Shown here piece by piece: positions 1-13,700 of a DNA stretch of 64,000 nucleotides. The number at the start of each line of letters is the position of its first letter. Position 1 is the first letter of the stretch. This DNA comes from Diadema antillarum (Eukaryota): positions 372,001-436,000 of the forward strand of contig NW_027271136.1 in NCBI RefSeq assembly GCF_040938485.1, in the 5' to 3' direction. The notes below the pieces were generated by a model. The model saw nothing but the letters and a program-made list of their open reading frames with translations. It did not search any database and was not told where the DNA came from. The translations under genes and the position numbers were made by a program.

Positions 1-239
1 AGATGGCAAATCGGGATACCAATCTAATCTCTTCTGACTCAAGTGGTGTACAGGTGCCAAAAGGTGTGGAATGATACATACAAAAAAGAAAAAAGCATGC
101 AAGGAGAAGGGGGAAAAAATAGGATACAATTGAGGACTATCGCTTGTAAGACTAACGGTGTATAATGAACTATTTTAGAAAGTGTTTTCAGTAATGGTAT
201 TCCCTTCAATAATCCCAGTTGGCTATTTCCACAAGAGAG

Positions 240-735
240 TACTGTATACGCTGAGTATTTTGTGAGGCTTTCATTTTCACAAATTTCGCGAGTTAGGTAC
301 TAGTCGCCAATTAAAAGGCACAGGAAAATATTAAATCTAATCCCGACATGAATGTGATGTGCTCACATACATTTCTCCATTCAGTACTGTACTCCACAAT
401 TGCGAATTTAACCACTTGCGAAATTGCCGGGAAGTCCCGATTGATAAACAAATAGACTCGCTGAAGTTATGTGCTGTATACAGTATCATGTTTAATGCAC
501 TCTCCAGAATTATAGTAAGTATACAACAACCTGAGAATACTGTACGAGCTGAAATTTTTGCAGTGGTTTTATTTTCGCGAATTTCGCGAATTGCCTTTGA
601 ACCGCGAAAATAACAATGCACGAATAAGTAAGTTCAGTTAGACCCTCGCAACCGCGAAATTAACAACACGCCAAATTGTCCTCAAAGTAGTAATTCGCGA
701 AAATATCTGTAAGGGAAAATTTCAGCTCGTACAGT
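240..735. mobile_element. Two adjacent TACTGTA-type MITE copies (about 240-484 and 539-735)
   Basis: TIRs TACTGTACGAGCTGAAATTT / AAATTTCAGCTCGTACAGTA and TACTGTATAC / GTATACAGTA. Internal TTCGCGAA motifs shared with the copies at 9.4, 11.6, 12.7 and 19.3 kb. Confidence 0.75.
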
Positions 736-1290
736 AACACAGTTACTACTGTGATGACAATGCACCAGTTGATTTTAGTTACCATTGTGATATCAATGTA
801 CTTTTTGCTTCAAAATTTGTTGTTTATCGATAATTCATTTTGAATAAGCATAGGGATGTGGGGAACAATGAATGCACTTTGATGTGACCATGTCGCAATG
901 TGGAAGGACAACACATTTGTACTATGTGAAATGGTTTGGGTTTTTGCAAATGCAAAATATAAGCAGGTGCAAGAAATCCAGGGATGCTCAACTAGTTAAA
1001 ACAAATGCTACCATCATAAGAAAAAAATGAACTCTCTACTGAATTTATTTATCTTCAGCAAATGGATGACCAAGTTAAAGGACACATCAAACTTTAAAGA
1101 AGATAAAAATAGCAATCATCTTTCACAGGCAATAGAAAATTAGCGTGCTTGTCGTTTCATCCTTGTTTTAGTTCTGCACGTGGTGCCCTACCAAAGCCCC
1201 TCATACATGTACATCTAAAAGGTGTGCCATTTTAACATGCGATTGTATTCTCTCCAATTTCTCATCTTGTGTCCGGACCGGTCCTTCCAG

Positions 1291-4200
1291 CATCAACAAG
1301 GTTAAGACCCCGCCCATCAAGAAGAAATGGAAGATGGCCATCCAGCGGGCTCGTTCCCTGGAGGACCCGTGGGCCAAATTCCACTTGGAGGACTTCACCG
1401 CAGAGACGGCCACCCGCCACCGTTACAATGCCGTAGATAAGTCTTGGGTTCAGGACGAGGTCCAGGTCAAGATGGCTTCTGAGGTAAGGGGTCAAAGGTC
1501 AAATCACTTAATTGTTTGTTTAAAAAAAAAAAAAAAACTGCCAGTGACTTTGCCTTTCTGCAGTGGGTTGCATATATATGCTGAAAATTCAAGGGCACTC
1601 CACTGAAATGTTTAACCAAACACTCATACCCCATTCATACACAAGGTTTGGCCCAGAAGCGCTCCTGAAGCACTTTGACTATATGCCCCTCTGAGTCTGT
1701 TCATACAGAGAATCAGCGCTTGCTGAGACCACTTGCGAAGTGGCTGAGAGGGGCTTAAAATGTCACAGTGACCTTCAGTTGTGCGGGAGCTTCTAGATGT
1801 AAATTGTCTGCACTGAATGTACCACATACCACTTCTGAAGTTGGTGACTGTTTATACCTAGGGTTTACAGCACTTTAGGAGCACTCCTGAACTTATCTTT
1901 GAGTTGGGCATTAATTAAGAGCACTCCAGGGCCTGACTGTCTGTTCATACAGAGTTAAAGGGGCATCCGAGACGATTTTCATAATTTCACATCATGTAGT
2001 AGGCCTACATAAATCAACAGTTCCATGTATAGATTTCTGGAATTTATTTTCGTCCTTGAGCAGAGATACAATACAGTCAAACCTGTCTATAGCGGCCACC
2101 CAAGGGAAACAACAAAAGTGGCTGCTATAGACAGGTGGCCGTTATAGACAGGTTGGCGGCCATTTTGAATTTCATTACATGTGTTTTATAATAGCCGAAA
2201 ATACCGCATGTTATTCTTTTAAAAAAAAAACAAATCAAAAACAACCAACGTATAAGTTTGCATGTGCAGCAGCTCTGCTATTATGGGGATTTTTGTTGTA
2301 CAATTCACTTCAAGTTTCAAGTTTCAAGTTTCAAGTTTCTTTATTTCACCAAAGCAAGGAACATATTAAAAACAATTACATATATCAATATTCGGATATG
2401 ATTACAAACATTTCAGTAAGACAGTGAAAAGGAACAAAAATACATAGATAGATTGACAATTACACGTACATAGGTTAACAAATACGCTATGGTAGGTAGC
2501 AGCCAGGAAGGAGATGTCCCTTATTTATAGCTGACCTAGAATAATTCATTCAATTTCAATTATATATAATGTGTTCCAATGAAAGTAAAAACGTTAGAAC
2601 AGGACGTTAGAACAAGACAAAGCAAAACATAAAATGACAATAATACAGGATGTCTCGAAACATAGGGGATAAAAAACATACTCCTTACCTTAATAAATTT
2701 GGCTGTAATTATTGAGAAGAGCTTTTTTGTAACCAGATTTAAATGTATTCAAAGAGTTAGCATTACGAATTGCACAGGGGAGAGAATTCCACTTCTTTTT
2801 TTTTCATGCCTCCTTCTATTTTTTTGATGTTAAAAATAATATTTCGGGCCTGAGAAGTGCTCTTGGTCATCCCTACCGGTTTGCATGAACGGATTTCACG
2901 AGAGCTGAGTTCGATGGAGGATTGATAATGTGTAAAATTTACGTAAACTATAGAAACAATACCCAAACAAGTACCATGTTGTGTCTGCATTTCGGTAACA
3001 GTCTAAGTTGTTATTAGGAGTTGTCTTTGCCTTTGTAGCATCTATTCAGGGCTGCATTACTGAAGCCTAGATCTAATCTAGTCAAGTTGGTGGTAAGACG
3101 GGTTTTCGTGGCAAAGAGCTGCATTAATATTTTATCAGTCATGTCTGTGTGATTGTGACTGAGCTAGGACTCGGTATAAATCACGCAATGAAAGACATCG
3201 TACTCATTGCTGATTTAATGGATCAACTCAATTTTTGTGGCCGCTATACGCAGGTTGATATTCACCACGGGAAACAAAATGAGTGGCCGCTGGCCGCGTT
3301 AGGCAGGTGGCCGCTATATAAAGGGTCTATAATACAGCAATTGCGTTCGGGGGATTTTTCAGTGGCCGTTATAAGCAGGTGGCCGCTATAGAGACTAAGA
3401 CAGGTTTGACTGTACTTTTGAAACAAATTATACTGAACAATGATGATGACATAGGGGACTCACATATTTCAGAAATGTAGCCGGGTAATTCCATTGACAA
3501 TACCTCTTGCTTGCAAGTTCACCTGTGTATAATCTAATCTATGCATGCCTTATTTTTTTGTTCTGATTCCTTGAGCCTCTACTCATGCATTCTTATGGTG
3601 AGGCAGCCATGTCATAATCTTTGTTCATTACAATTTGTTATATATTTTGAAAACATTCTTATTCTTAATCCCAGTCACTATAAATTCTGAAATTCCGTAC
3701 TCAGTATAACTAATTTATAGTTGTTTATATGTAAAAATCTGAAAATCATGTGGAGGTCTCCTTTAAGAAGGCTTCAGGAGCACTCTGAATGCCCTTTATA
3801 AATGGGATGTAGGACAGTCATAACATTGTTATCATATTTCTGTTTTAGATTAGACTTTTGTAAAATGATACAATCACATCAATATCCTGTTATGTGAAGA
3901 CTCTTGGGAAATTTTATCTTTAGGAGGATTTCATATTGATCTCTTTTGAATACTTTGTGCATCTTGGAAATTGAGATTCTGTGCTTCAACAGTATGCAAT
4001 CATGAAAATATCAATTATAAAAAGAGATAAATTCACACAAAATGCAAGTTGGACTTGAACTGAAAATGTATATCACTTATAGTGTCATAATATTTGCATT
4101 AGTTATCATACAGACCTAGAGCTACTAACATCTCATGTCTTGAAATTGCAAATTTCTGGAATCTATGCTTTGTTAGAATCTTATGCATTTAATTCTGTCT

Positions 4201-7200
4201 TACTCCTTCTTTTCAGGCCTTTGCACATGGGGCAATGCGAGAATGCTTCAGAATGTAAGTACAGTGTACCTAAATTAAATTGCCTACATTTTCTGATTTG
4301 ACTCTATATGCAGATGAATAAATGATGTATATAAAATGATGTCCACACTGTCTCATACAGTCATATATTTCCTATTAAGAATAGATAAAGGAAACAAACA
4401 ATGTGCAGTTTGCCTGGATTTCTGATAAGGATTTTTTTCTCCTAATCTACAGGATTTAGCATGGTAAAGATGCCGATAGTTTGCAGTCATCATGCTGGAC
4501 CATACCTCTAATTGAAGGGGACTTATTAAAGCACCAATGTGACATGTGGTTGAGTCACTAGTCCTGCTACCAGCAGCCAAGCTTTGCGAAAATCAGATCT
4601 TTGTCTCACACATTGATATACTTACGACAGTGTTGTTGAGCCCCTGCTATAGATATCCTATATGCCAATAGAAATCATTATGTTTAATAGTAGCAGACTG
4701 ATATAATACTACATCTGAGAACTAGGTGTGCAAATTATTAAGTGTTTTTATGATTGCTAGACCTTTGCAATATGAAAACTGTACCAAACACCTGTTACAT
4801 TGCAACAGCATTAAACAGGGAACCAAAACCAAAACAAAACCAAAAGCCCTGTAATTATTGTCATCATCAGGAAGAAACTGTCAAACTTCTGCAAGCACCT
4901 GGACTGGAAGCATGCAGGGAACTTTGTGGCCAAGAGCTACATGGAGACAGTGGACAGAGACGTCTACTTCCAGGATGTACGCCTCCAGATGGATGCCAAG
5001 GTCTGGGGTGAGGAGTTCAACAGACACAACCCTCCCAAAAAGGTCAGTTATCTCCCACTATCTGTCCATCTCATTTAGGGTCCCTCATCTCCGAATTTTT
5101 TTCCTGGTCCTGTTTATTCCTGCAGTGTCTCTCTGTCAGATAAACAGATATATACTTTGTGAGCCCTAACCCTATTTCACACTTGTGATTTAAGTCCAGA
5201 CTTTTACTTACCGCTGCCCTCTAGATATATAATTTTCTGAAGAGCTTGAAGTTGCTAATATGTCACGTGTAACAGGACATTAGCAGTTGTTCAAAAGTCA
5301 CACAAGATATCTTTATATCATTATGCTTGGTACACTTAATTATCTGCGCCAAAGAAGTTATATTTTTGTTGGTGTTGGTTTGCTTGTTTGTTTGCAAAAA
5401 AAAAAAAACCTCGAAGAGTAGTGAATGGATTTGGATGAAACTTACAGGAAAAGTTTATACAGACACAAAGAACAGATGATTAAACTTTGGTAAGTAATCT
5501 ATGAATTTTCATGGATTTTTGAAGGATTTTTTTTTTTTTTGTCATTTGGCAAATAGGGTCAATAAACTTGGGGGATTCAAGCTGCGCGTGATTTGAGGCT
5601 TGATGTATACGTGCACTATAGCATGGCTCTGCTTGAGGCGCTGCGCAGCAGGATGCTGATGAGGTAAACACCACGCTGTCTTTCAATAGGATATTGGGCG
5701 ATTTTCAGCATATGTGTACATTGTTGGATATGAGCTGCTTGGTGGAAGTCTGAACTCTGCGAGTGCTTTTGTAGTTCTGTTTTGAGGTTTTATATTATAG
5801 TATCCTGATGAGGTAAACACAACACTTCTTTCAATAGGATATTACAGCCAGTTATTATATAATGATATTCCCCTGAATCCTGCCCTCTTGTACAGAAAAA
5901 AAAAAAGGATAAAAATTTCAGTGGAGAGAGTGACCAAGGTATTAAATTTTCATGGAATTTTGTTTTTCTTGAGGTCATAGTAACAAGCTGTCCACACCAT
6001 CAGTGTCTTCTGAATTCATTCTATATCCACTTTGTAAATCTTTGCTGTTGCTATGTCGGGCAAGTCTTGACAGCTTTCTGGTTTTCAGGAACAACTATAG
6101 ATATAAAGAGATGCATACAGTTTAACAATTTTTGTCAAGTAGTCTCTGCAGTGAAACCCATAAATGATTGTATCAGTTTCTTGATGCTGATGTTCATTTA
6201 TTTGTGGCCCTTTTTAGGTGGACATTTTCCAGATGGCGGTGCTTGAGTTCAGTAACCGGCCGGGAAAGCCTCTCTTCCATCTGGAAAGCTACATCGAGGG
6301 CAAGTACATCAAGTACAACTCCAACTCTGGTTTTGTGCGTGACGAGGCACTTCGCCAAACTCCGCAGGTTGGCTCAGCCTCTAAATTAGGCTTTTCTTTT
6401 CATTTTGGTCTCTTTCTGTCTCTCTCTATCTCTTTCTATTTCTCTTTTCTTTTAGTCATTTTTTTTTTTTTTTTGTCTTTGTCGTAAGTTTTGTTTTTTA
6501 TTTTTTTTTCTGTCTGAATGTCTCACTTAGTTTCTTTTTTTATCTGTTTCTGTCTTTATGTCTCTCTTCATTTCTAGTTCTGTTTTATATCTTTATGTCT
6601 CTCTTAGCAACATTTCTCTCTGTCAATCTATCTGTCTAACTGTTCTCGGTATCTGTATTGCTTTCTCTGTGTATATCCATCCATATGCTTCTTACATTGG
6701 ATTTTGTTTGAAGTCCTAACAATCCTGCATGAGTTGTTCAACAGTGTGAAAAAAGAAGTCAAGACTACATTCTCTTTCTTTACTCCTGATATGTATTGTC
6801 CATACATCATTTGTGACAGGGCTAAGGTGGCTCAAACAATGTTTGGAGCATTAAATGCGTCATTGTCCTCTGTCATATGTGATACCTAATGCAGAGTTAT
6901 GAAGAAATTGTGGTATATATGAGCTCTTTGTGAGCTCTGCTTTAATTTTTTTTTTTTAATGTCATTGCAAATGATTGGAAACAGAAGCCCTTTTCAATGC
7001 TTATATCTCATTTTTGAAGAGCATTAAGAGCTAGCATGTAACATTCTACCTTTTAAAGAAGCAGATAGGGTTGGAAGATGTTTTTGGTTGTGTTTTTATT
7101 TTCTGTGCATTTTTATTATTTTTTCCCCTGGTTTTAGAGTCATTTCCTGTTGTGTTTTTATTTGCATCCAGGCCTTCAGTCATTTCACCTTTGAGAGGTC

Positions 7201-10200
7201 AGGACACAAACTGATAGTGGTTGACATTCAAGGTAAGCTAACACACACACATACACACACATGCTCTCATGCACTTTAAAGCAGACATTCATGGATGCTA
7301 TGTGATCGATTGTGTTAGTGTAGCAGGTACAATTCTAATGATATAAAAACTGTTACGTTATCTGTTCTGTACAATCAGAAAACGAGGTCTTTGTGTTTCA
7401 ATGTAGGATGACTTGTTCATTCTTGTTTAGTGTTGTGTCACTTCAGGTTAGTGCAGTAGTTAGTATTCATCCCCCACATATAGCGTATGGGTGAAGTTGA
7501 TTATCAAGACTTTTAAAGTTAATTTATTCGTTCATTCGTCAGTTTAATGTGAACTGTCATGTTAATTCATCACAACCTTAAGGCAGAATTGTAAATGATG
7601 CATAATGCTAGAGAGGAAACTTTAATCGAGTTTACCATAAAAATCACATGATATGATTTTCATAAAAATTGAAATTCATGAAGTCGAATCTTCATCGAAG
7701 TGACTGCAGTCCCAAGTAGATTGCATAATGGCTGTCTCATACTTGTAGTGGAATGACATTGATTTGGATTTTTGATTGAGAAAATTGAATAATGTGAGAA
7801 ACAGAATAAAATTTATGATGCGGCAACCCACTTTGTGTTTGTAGGTGTGGGAGATCTCTACACTGACCCTCAGATTCACACCTCCACTGGGAAGGAATAC
7901 AATGAGGGTAACCTGGGATGTCGTGGGATGGCGCTCTTCTTCGCTACCCACGCCTGCAACCAGATCTGCGAGCACCTGGAGTTGACCCCGTTTGACCTCC
8001 ACAGCTCGGAAATCACCGACCATGAGAAATATGTTAAGCTGCAGGTGAGATTTTGGCATGTGCAGTTCGTTTGAAGTTTTATCTATGTCTGTAATGCTGA
8101 GTTCCCACTTTCGTGTGATTCCGCTACATACGTAACAACTGGCCATTAGCAGTTGATTGTGGAATTTGTGCCTATGTCTATCACAATCTACGCCACTGTT
8201 GAAATCGTGGTCTGAATCAGGGAGTAATCATTGTGATCTTATCAGATCTTGAGGTCAGTTGTGGCAATGGTGATGATGTAGAAAAGTTGTGGATGGTTGA
8301 GATATTGTTTACAATCAACATGATTGCCATGACTCACCTCAACATGTGATAAGATCTGATATGATTACCATCATTAGTCCTTGCTTCAGACCATGATTTC
8401 AATTGTGACGCAAATTGTGATAGACATGAACAAAATTCCACCATTGGCTACTAATGGCCAATCATGGCATGCATAGTAGATGGCACAACAGTGGGAACCC
8501 AGCGTTAGTGTTTTGTTTGTATGTTTGTTTATGTGTGGGCAAAGTCTGTATAGGCCTACTGTGTGATATCTGATCACACTAAATACCTGACTTGTCTGTT
8601 ATCATACCATCTGCCTGCAGAAAGAGTCCAACACCATCTGCCGGGGCACGGAGAACAGGGTGTACAAGCCCCGGGCCCGCCCCTCCATCTCGCCTCTTGA
8701 CATGACGCAGTTTGTCGTCTTTGAGCGCTCCAACTCCCAGATGTCGACAGACTCGGCCGACTCCAGCGTGGTGCTCTCACCAATTAGCGACTCTCCGCCC
8801 CGTCGAGTTTCCTTCCAGGAGCCTCCCTCCTCGCCGGACGACGTCGCCATGTCGATGTCGCCGCAGCCCAGCTATCTGGAAAACTTCCGCCGGCAGACGC
8901 GCTTCAGGACAGACTCAGAAAGTGAGACCCTGGCAGAAGTAAGTCATCTTTTTTTTTTAGCCTGCCCAGTTTTGATTCATCATTCAACTGTGTCTCCGTC
9001 TCCTTGAAAACAACAACCCTCTTTGTGCAAGTGCCTGTCATTCCTGCAGATTTTTACCCTTGGATCAAATACTTATCAGAATAATGAGCTAAAACTTTTA
9101 GAAAGTTATAGTTTGTTTGACATTTGTATGTGAGAAATACTTTACTTTCGTTCATGCTGAATATGTCCATTGATCAAAGTGATAGACACATCAAATTGAT
9201 GATTTGATGTGGTAGCCATCAGCATGGCAAGATGCCAGAAAACATTTTGGAAGCTTGCTTGCTCTGGAAAGATATAATTTCTCTAGAGAAGACATACTTA
9301 TTTTAAGAAGAACTGTATATTATTCAAATTTTCTATTTTGGCAATACATTGCTGTTTGATTGAAAGTGGGTAAAGTGCAGCTCAAAGTGACAATGCAAGA
9401 AATAAATACTGTAAAAGTGGAAATTTTTGCAGTGTTGAAATCTTCGCGCATTTCGCGCTACCAGAAGCTAGCATGAAGATAAAAACACAGGAGAATTTGT
9501 GCGTGCTATGTGACCCAGTAGTTGATGTCTTGTTTCCGCGAAATTAAAAACACGCGAAACTCTTCTTATCTGGCTAAGCGCGAAAAATAAGTCGCACGAA
9601 AATATCCACTTTTACAGAATATTAGAAAATGGGATATCTAATCTTTCGGAAACCTCACTTATGCGAAGCAAAAGTGAGGTTCTGTAGCATCCCTGCCTCT
9701 AGCAGCCTCAAGCAGCCTGTGAGCTGAGTGTAGACAACCAGAATGCATCAAAGGCAATCAGGGGCCCGTTTCATAAAACTTGTCATCAGTGACAACTGCC
9801 ACATTTCTGTGACAAATCTGCTCTCAGCCAATCAGATGTAAGGATTTCAGTAGCTTGTCACATCTATGACAACTTGTCACTGATGACAAGTTTTATGAAA
9901 CGGGCCCCTGATCTGATCAGGCTCTGAAATCACCTACAGAGGGTGGTTTTAGCACCCCCTATTGTCGCCTTGGAGATGCTCGGCTCTAATATAGAGACTA
10001 CAGATGTCAAGAAGTAGCTTTTTTTCCAGCCAGGAAGCTAATCACTGAAAGTCATTGCCCAATGTGACTCACTGCCAATAAACATTGCACAACTTCCACA
10101 CTTCCGCACTCATCACATTTGCAGTAAAATTACACATGGTATTCAAAAACATGCGCCATTCATTGCAGGGGAACTCAGTTGCCATGAAAACAGAGCCGGT

Positions 10201-10723
10201 CACAGCTTATTTGGGTGAAATGTGAGTGGGCAGCCCAAGCAATGTAAGCAAACAAGCGATTGATTTTCGAAAGGGTTTTTCTGATTTTGGCTATAGCTTA
10301 AATGGGTTATGATATTGGGAGATCTTTGAAGTGTATACTACCGATCTTAGTGATATGACTTATGAAAAAGTAGTATTTTGGGCGTGATTGCAAAACCTCT
10401 GTTGTTCAGTTCATGGTTATATTAAGATGAGATTTAACAGAGAGATGAACTGATATGTTAAAAACTCATTGAGGTTTCACTTTTGTTCTGGCCAGGATGA
10501 AGAGAAGCGGGCTCGGTTTCTGGAGAGAAACGTGAACCACCGACCCTCATGTGTCAACCTGGAGGTCCAGCTGAGGAAATCTCTCCTCATTAAGAACACG
10601 GGGGGATCCATTCTGGGACAGGTGAGTCAAACGTAAAGTTTTGTGAAGTAACTTTTGCATATTCTAGTAAAGCCTGTAATCATGAAGAAATTGGGATTTA
10701 TTTATTTATCTGTCTATCTATCC

Positions 10724-10762
<39 letters not shown>

Positions 10763-13700
10763 CATCTATCTATTTATTTATTTGGTTGTTTTGTATCTGC
10801 CTTTCTCTTTGTCCTTTCACAGCCAAAATGTACTGATATAAACATCATCAATCCAACATTTTGTTAGTATCAACAGAGGACTTTCACCTGAAATCTTTGA
10901 GGCATGTGATGTGTAACCAGCATGATTACATGATCACTTCAGAAGCAGAAGGTCATTACTCCACACATTTTCTGTACATGCCTGTGGGATACATGATGAA
11001 GGGTTAGGTGTGTCAGAAGAAGACATTGCATAAGCATGAGGTGGGCAAGTGCGTAGCACAAGAAATGAACTCCTTTTTCATTTGCATTTACATTGTATGT
11101 TTCTCTTGCTCACCGTAATAGGCATTTGGGCAACTGCCCCATACTGTTTACAAGCAGGTGTTCATTCACATTACTTGCCCTAATATGGGTGTTAGTTGCC
11201 CCAGGCAATTGGGCCAGTGGGTTGGAAGCACCCTGCCTTCTGAGCAATTATTGTGACAAGTTCTTCCCACTTTTATCAATTTTACTCAATAGTTTGATAT
11301 CATCCTCCATACATCAACCATCCTTGATCCTTCCCCACTCTTATCAATTTTGCTCAATAGTTTGCTAATGTCTTCCATGCATTGACCATCTGTGGTCGGT
11401 GCCTCTCTGCTTTCATCAATCAGATCCACCTGGACTTGGCCAAGTACCACGAGATGGGTCGCCTGGCGCCCGACGATAACAGCCGCAACATGGAGGCCGC
11501 CATCTACCACCTGCGCCATGCCGCAGACTGTGGGGTGCTGGAAGGCATCATAGCCATGGCGAGGATCTGTCTGCAACTCACCCATGATATCCTCACAGAA
11601 GTCGTGGTTCCAGTAAGCATTTCAACAGAGCTGTCAATTACTGTAATAGTTCAAATTTTCGCAGTGTCCAATTTTTTGAACGTTTTGCGCAACCAGAAAC
11701 TAGCATGAAAGTAAAAGCACGCGAACATGTTTGTATGCCATATGTTTGTGTAGTTGATGTCTTCATTCAGCGAAATTAAAAACGTGCAAAACTCATCTTA
11801 CCCGGCCGAGCATGAAAAATTCCTCACGTGAAAATATCCACTTTTACAGTGATATGTCTTTCTGCTATTTAGCCTGTTTTTATTCATCAATAATCTTTAA
11901 AAAAGTCTGTTTTTCTTTTTCTGAATTTCATTCCGCTTGTGCTATATGAATATTTTTTTCCAAGTTTTCAAACAGAATATGTTTTTGCAGTGCAGGAGGA
12001 TTTTATACCTCCGCCCTGAGGTGCCTTAAGGGTGCCTGAAGGCCTGGCTTCATTTGTAGAGGTTGTGCCGTAGTAGTCCAACGGGTAGGCCATGGTGACA
12101 CAATAGGGATTGGGTAATCTGTATTCATGGACAATTGGTTTTCAGACATATGTGACAAGTAGCAAAGTAAGCACAGTAAGGGTTAAATGGTCGTCTTAGC
12201 AACAAGTAGACATAATATCAGTGAAGCAGAAGAAAATTTACCAGATGTTTAGTTGTAAGAGTAAGAGCACGAATGTAGGTAAAAGTAATGTTGATAATGA
12301 TTGTAGCAAGAATGAAAACAGTAATAAGAAGGAGAATCAAAGGAGGAGGAGGAGGTTGATGGAGTAGTGGTTATAATTTTGATATTTGTATGAAAAGCTT
12401 AACACTTGGGTTTCGACAAGAGTGAATGGGACCCACGACCAAAGTTCCACAGCTGCTCAAATCACCCCGTTTTTCTCTCTCGGTGTTCCATCTGCAGGAG
12501 AGTGATGATTACATCAACGAGGGGATGGACTACATGGAGATGGCATGTGATGCAGGGGACAGGGCAGCCATGTTGATTGTGGCTAGAGCCTATGACAATG
12601 GATTAAATCTTGGCAGTGCCAGGTGACAAGATCCTTCTCCACTCATCATGATACTGTAAAAGTGGAAATTTTCACGGTGTTGAAATTTTCGCGCATTTCG
12701 CGCAACCAGAAAGTAGCGCGAAAATAAAAGCACGCGAATATTTTTGCCTGCCATACGTTCCTAGGCTTGATGTCTTGATTCCGCGGATTTAAAAACACGC
12801 GAAACTCTTCTTACCCGGCCAAGCGCGAAAAATTAGTCACGCGAAAATATCCACTTTTACAGTACTCTCTATGTGCTTCAATTCGTCCCTTGTGTCTCAC
12901 TCCACTACATTGACTGACTTGGATTTTTCTAGACATTTGAAGGTGTCAATCTGCATGTGAATTTTTTAGATGCAGGCCTTGAATTAACCGACGGCCACCG
13001 ACGGCCATGGCCGTCGGTGCCCCTCTCGTTGGCCGCAATGCCTTTTGTTTTTTGATCAAAGTTACGGCCAAAAAAAATGTGCCCTTTTTCTTGGGGCCGT
13101 GGTGCCCTTTTAGAATGAAAATTATTATTTATGATGTATGATATGCCCTTTCTCAAAGTCTCTTTAATAAGCTTGAACAACTTTCCTGATCTCAAATATC
13201 ATACCTTCAGTTCACTCGCGTCCCGCCTGTATATCTGATTCAAACTCAAAGTATCTTTCCGAGGTACGAGACGACGTGTACGTACATGTACGCCTGACCG
13301 GCTTTTACCGTCCCGACTGCCTCCGCAGCGCAGCGGCCGCGAGTATGTACTAGCTAGGCAGCGCATATTCAGATAGAGTAGTAAAGAGTGAACACCAAGT
13401 TCACCAAGAAAAAAGAAAAATCCCACGATGCCAAGGTGTGCCAGACTGGGGAATGGGGAGGGGTGGAGTAGAGACCAATCGACAGAAGAAACCGCGCGTA
13501 CTGGCGCATTCTTGGAGGTCATGAACTGTCTGTCACAGACTAATCATAGCAATCTACATGCGCACGCAAATTCCTTTGCCTTGTGGTTTTGCCAGCCAGC
13601 TGTCGGAATGTGCTTTGAAGTTTCATGGCAGCCTGGCCTGGCTGGCCTGAAAGGGTGTCGAGTTTCAATCAATACCTACTGTTGTTTTATTCCTGTTTTA

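Larger units (their letters stand above)
1959..3762. mobile_element. TTAA-flanked non-autonomous DNA transposon (Kolobok-type termini) containing nested inserts
   Basis: TTAA at 1955-1958 and 3763-3766. Imperfect TIRs AGGGGCATCCGAGACGATTTTC / GAAAATCATGTGGAGGTCTCCT. Confidence 0.7.

Noticed and set aside
3-1128. Possible upstream eEF2K exons (ATG at 3; AG at about 1058)
   Set aside because: Donor phases do not match the phase-2 acceptor at 1291, and there is no similarity to eEF2K N-termini.
5655-5876. Duplicated CTGATGAGGTAAACAC motif resembling a hammerhead core or C box
   Set aside because: No stem II/GAAA for a hammerhead and no terminal stem for a C/D snoRNA; the first copy lies within a HINE-like repeat.
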